Of a DNA stretch of 64,000 nt, positions 63,436 to 64,000 are shown piece after piece. The translations under genes were made by a program, and so were the position numbers. Under the pieces are notes generated by a model. The model worked only from the letters and a program-made list of their open reading frames with translations. It had not been told where the DNA came from and did not search any database. This stretch comes from Bacillota bacterium (GTDB taxonomy: Bacteria > Bacillota > Desulfitobacteriia > Desulfitobacteriales > JAJXUE01), in the NCBI GenBank assembly GCA_021811155.1, contig JAJZPO010000001.1, forward strand, positions 1,683-65,682, read 5' to 3'. How positions within the stretch are numbered: position 1 is the stretch's first letter; each line of letters begins with the position of its first letter.

Positions 63436-64000
63436 TCACTTCAATTCGGCGGCGGGACTCTTTGCGCTTGGTTTTAGTTCGCTTACGAGCATGCCGGCGA
63501 GGATCAGGCAGGCGCCGAGGGCTGCGGCGGGGCGCAGGGTTTCGCCCGCCAAAAAGTAGGCAAAGACGGCGGAAAAGACGGGTTCGGAAGCGAAAATTAT
63601 GGCAGTTCGGGTGGGGGTGGTGAACTGCTGCATCCTGGTCTGAACCAGGAAGGCCAGCGATGTGGCAGGAATGGCGGTAACCAGCAGTCCGACCCACACT
63701 TCTCCCGTAAATACCGGTGGCTGAGGTTCCCAAATCAGGCCGGCGAGACCTGATGCTGCCGCAACCACAGTGATCTGGACAAAGGCCAGGACCATGGGGT
63801 CATGCTGCGGGGCAAAACGGGCTACGGCCATAATCTGTAGGGCAAAACTAACGGCGCATAACAGGATGAGGAGGTCCCCGTGGTTCAGGCTGAAGCCCGC
63901 TCCAAGGGTCAGCAGGGCCAGTCCTGCGGTGGCGCTGAGCACTCCCAGGGATGTAAACAGGCCCGGCCAGCTGCGGGTGGTCAGGGTAACGAGGAGCGGC
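63436..64000 (-). CDS. DMT-superfamily (EamA-like) transporter, 5'-truncated by the window end
   Basis: Hydrophobic EamA-like C-terminal half. The frame stays open and hydrophobic (…PLLVTLTTRSWPGLFTSLG…) from 63943 to nt 64000, so the gene continues beyond the window. Confidence 0.7.
   Translation of the reverse strand, partial: PLLVTLTTRSWPGLFTSLGVLSATAGLALLTLGAGFSLNHGDLLILLCAVSFALQIMAVARFAPQHDPMVLAFVQITVVAAASGLAGLIWEPQPPVFTGEVWVGLLVTAIPATSLAFLVQTRMQQFTTPTRTAIIFASEPVFSAVFAYFLAGETLRPAAALGACLILAGMLVSELKPSAKSPAAELK

Noticed and set aside
1-64000. Prophage, transposase/IS, integrase, toxin-antitoxin or known defence-system genes.
   Set aside because: None of the translated ORFs shows DDE/serine/tyrosine recombinase, capsid/terminase, Cas, restriction-modification or TA-like signatures. 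The repeat families have no associated enzyme gene in this window.

Overview
This 64-kb chromosomal window looks like a moderately high-GC, spore-forming Clostridia-type Firmicute. That assignment is inferred from the tig-clpP-clpX-lonB-lon-engB synteny and from frequent GTG/TTG starts behind strong GGAGG-type RBS. I saw no rRNA, CRISPR array, transposase, integrase or phage gene.

Contents in order:
1. A GntR-headed glutamate mutase/methylaspartase operon (glmS-glmL-glmE-mal). It carries four extra genes (an HgdB-like Fe-S protein with its activase, and an AtuA-like/DUF4387 pair) before a two-subunit class-I Fe-S hydro-lyase.
2. A visibly lower-GC, roughly 6-kb glycosylation island bracketed by two long terminator hairpins: GT-C, GT2, GT4, a flippase-like membrane protein and UDP-glucose dehydrogenase.
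3. A stand-alone RND transporter with a Q-rich coiled-coil insert.
4. A P-loop hypothetical protein, rph and rdgB.
5. A Cam-type gamma-carbonic anhydrase lipoprotein and a five-tRNA cluster (Pro-Arg-His-Gln-Leu).
6. A membrane Cache-sensor/HTH fusion protein, hypABFCDE, and a membrane-bound [NiFe] hydrogenase (small subunit, large subunit, cytochrome b, maturation protease).
7. An SPFH protein and a polysaccharide deacetylase.
8. tig-clpP-clpX, then glpQ plus an MFS transporter, then lonB-lon-engB and a CaCA antiporter.
9. A LacI-headed operon that combines a ribose-type ABC importer with SDR, MBL hydrolase, CoA-transferase, 3-hydroxyacyl-CoA dehydrogenase and thiolase.

Most unusual signals:
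- A dense, strictly intergenic repeat system has two linked parts: tandem heptamer arrays (TCRGRRN, typically GAGTCAGGAGTCAGAAT) and short hairpins with a conserved core GGGGACGGTTCT and covarying stems.
- The glutamate operon is non-canonical.
- The sensor-HTH fusion lacks kinase and receiver domains.
- A 32-nt clpX fragment is duplicated 2.3 kb downstream.

All calls come from reading the sequence and the ORF translations. No database search was run.
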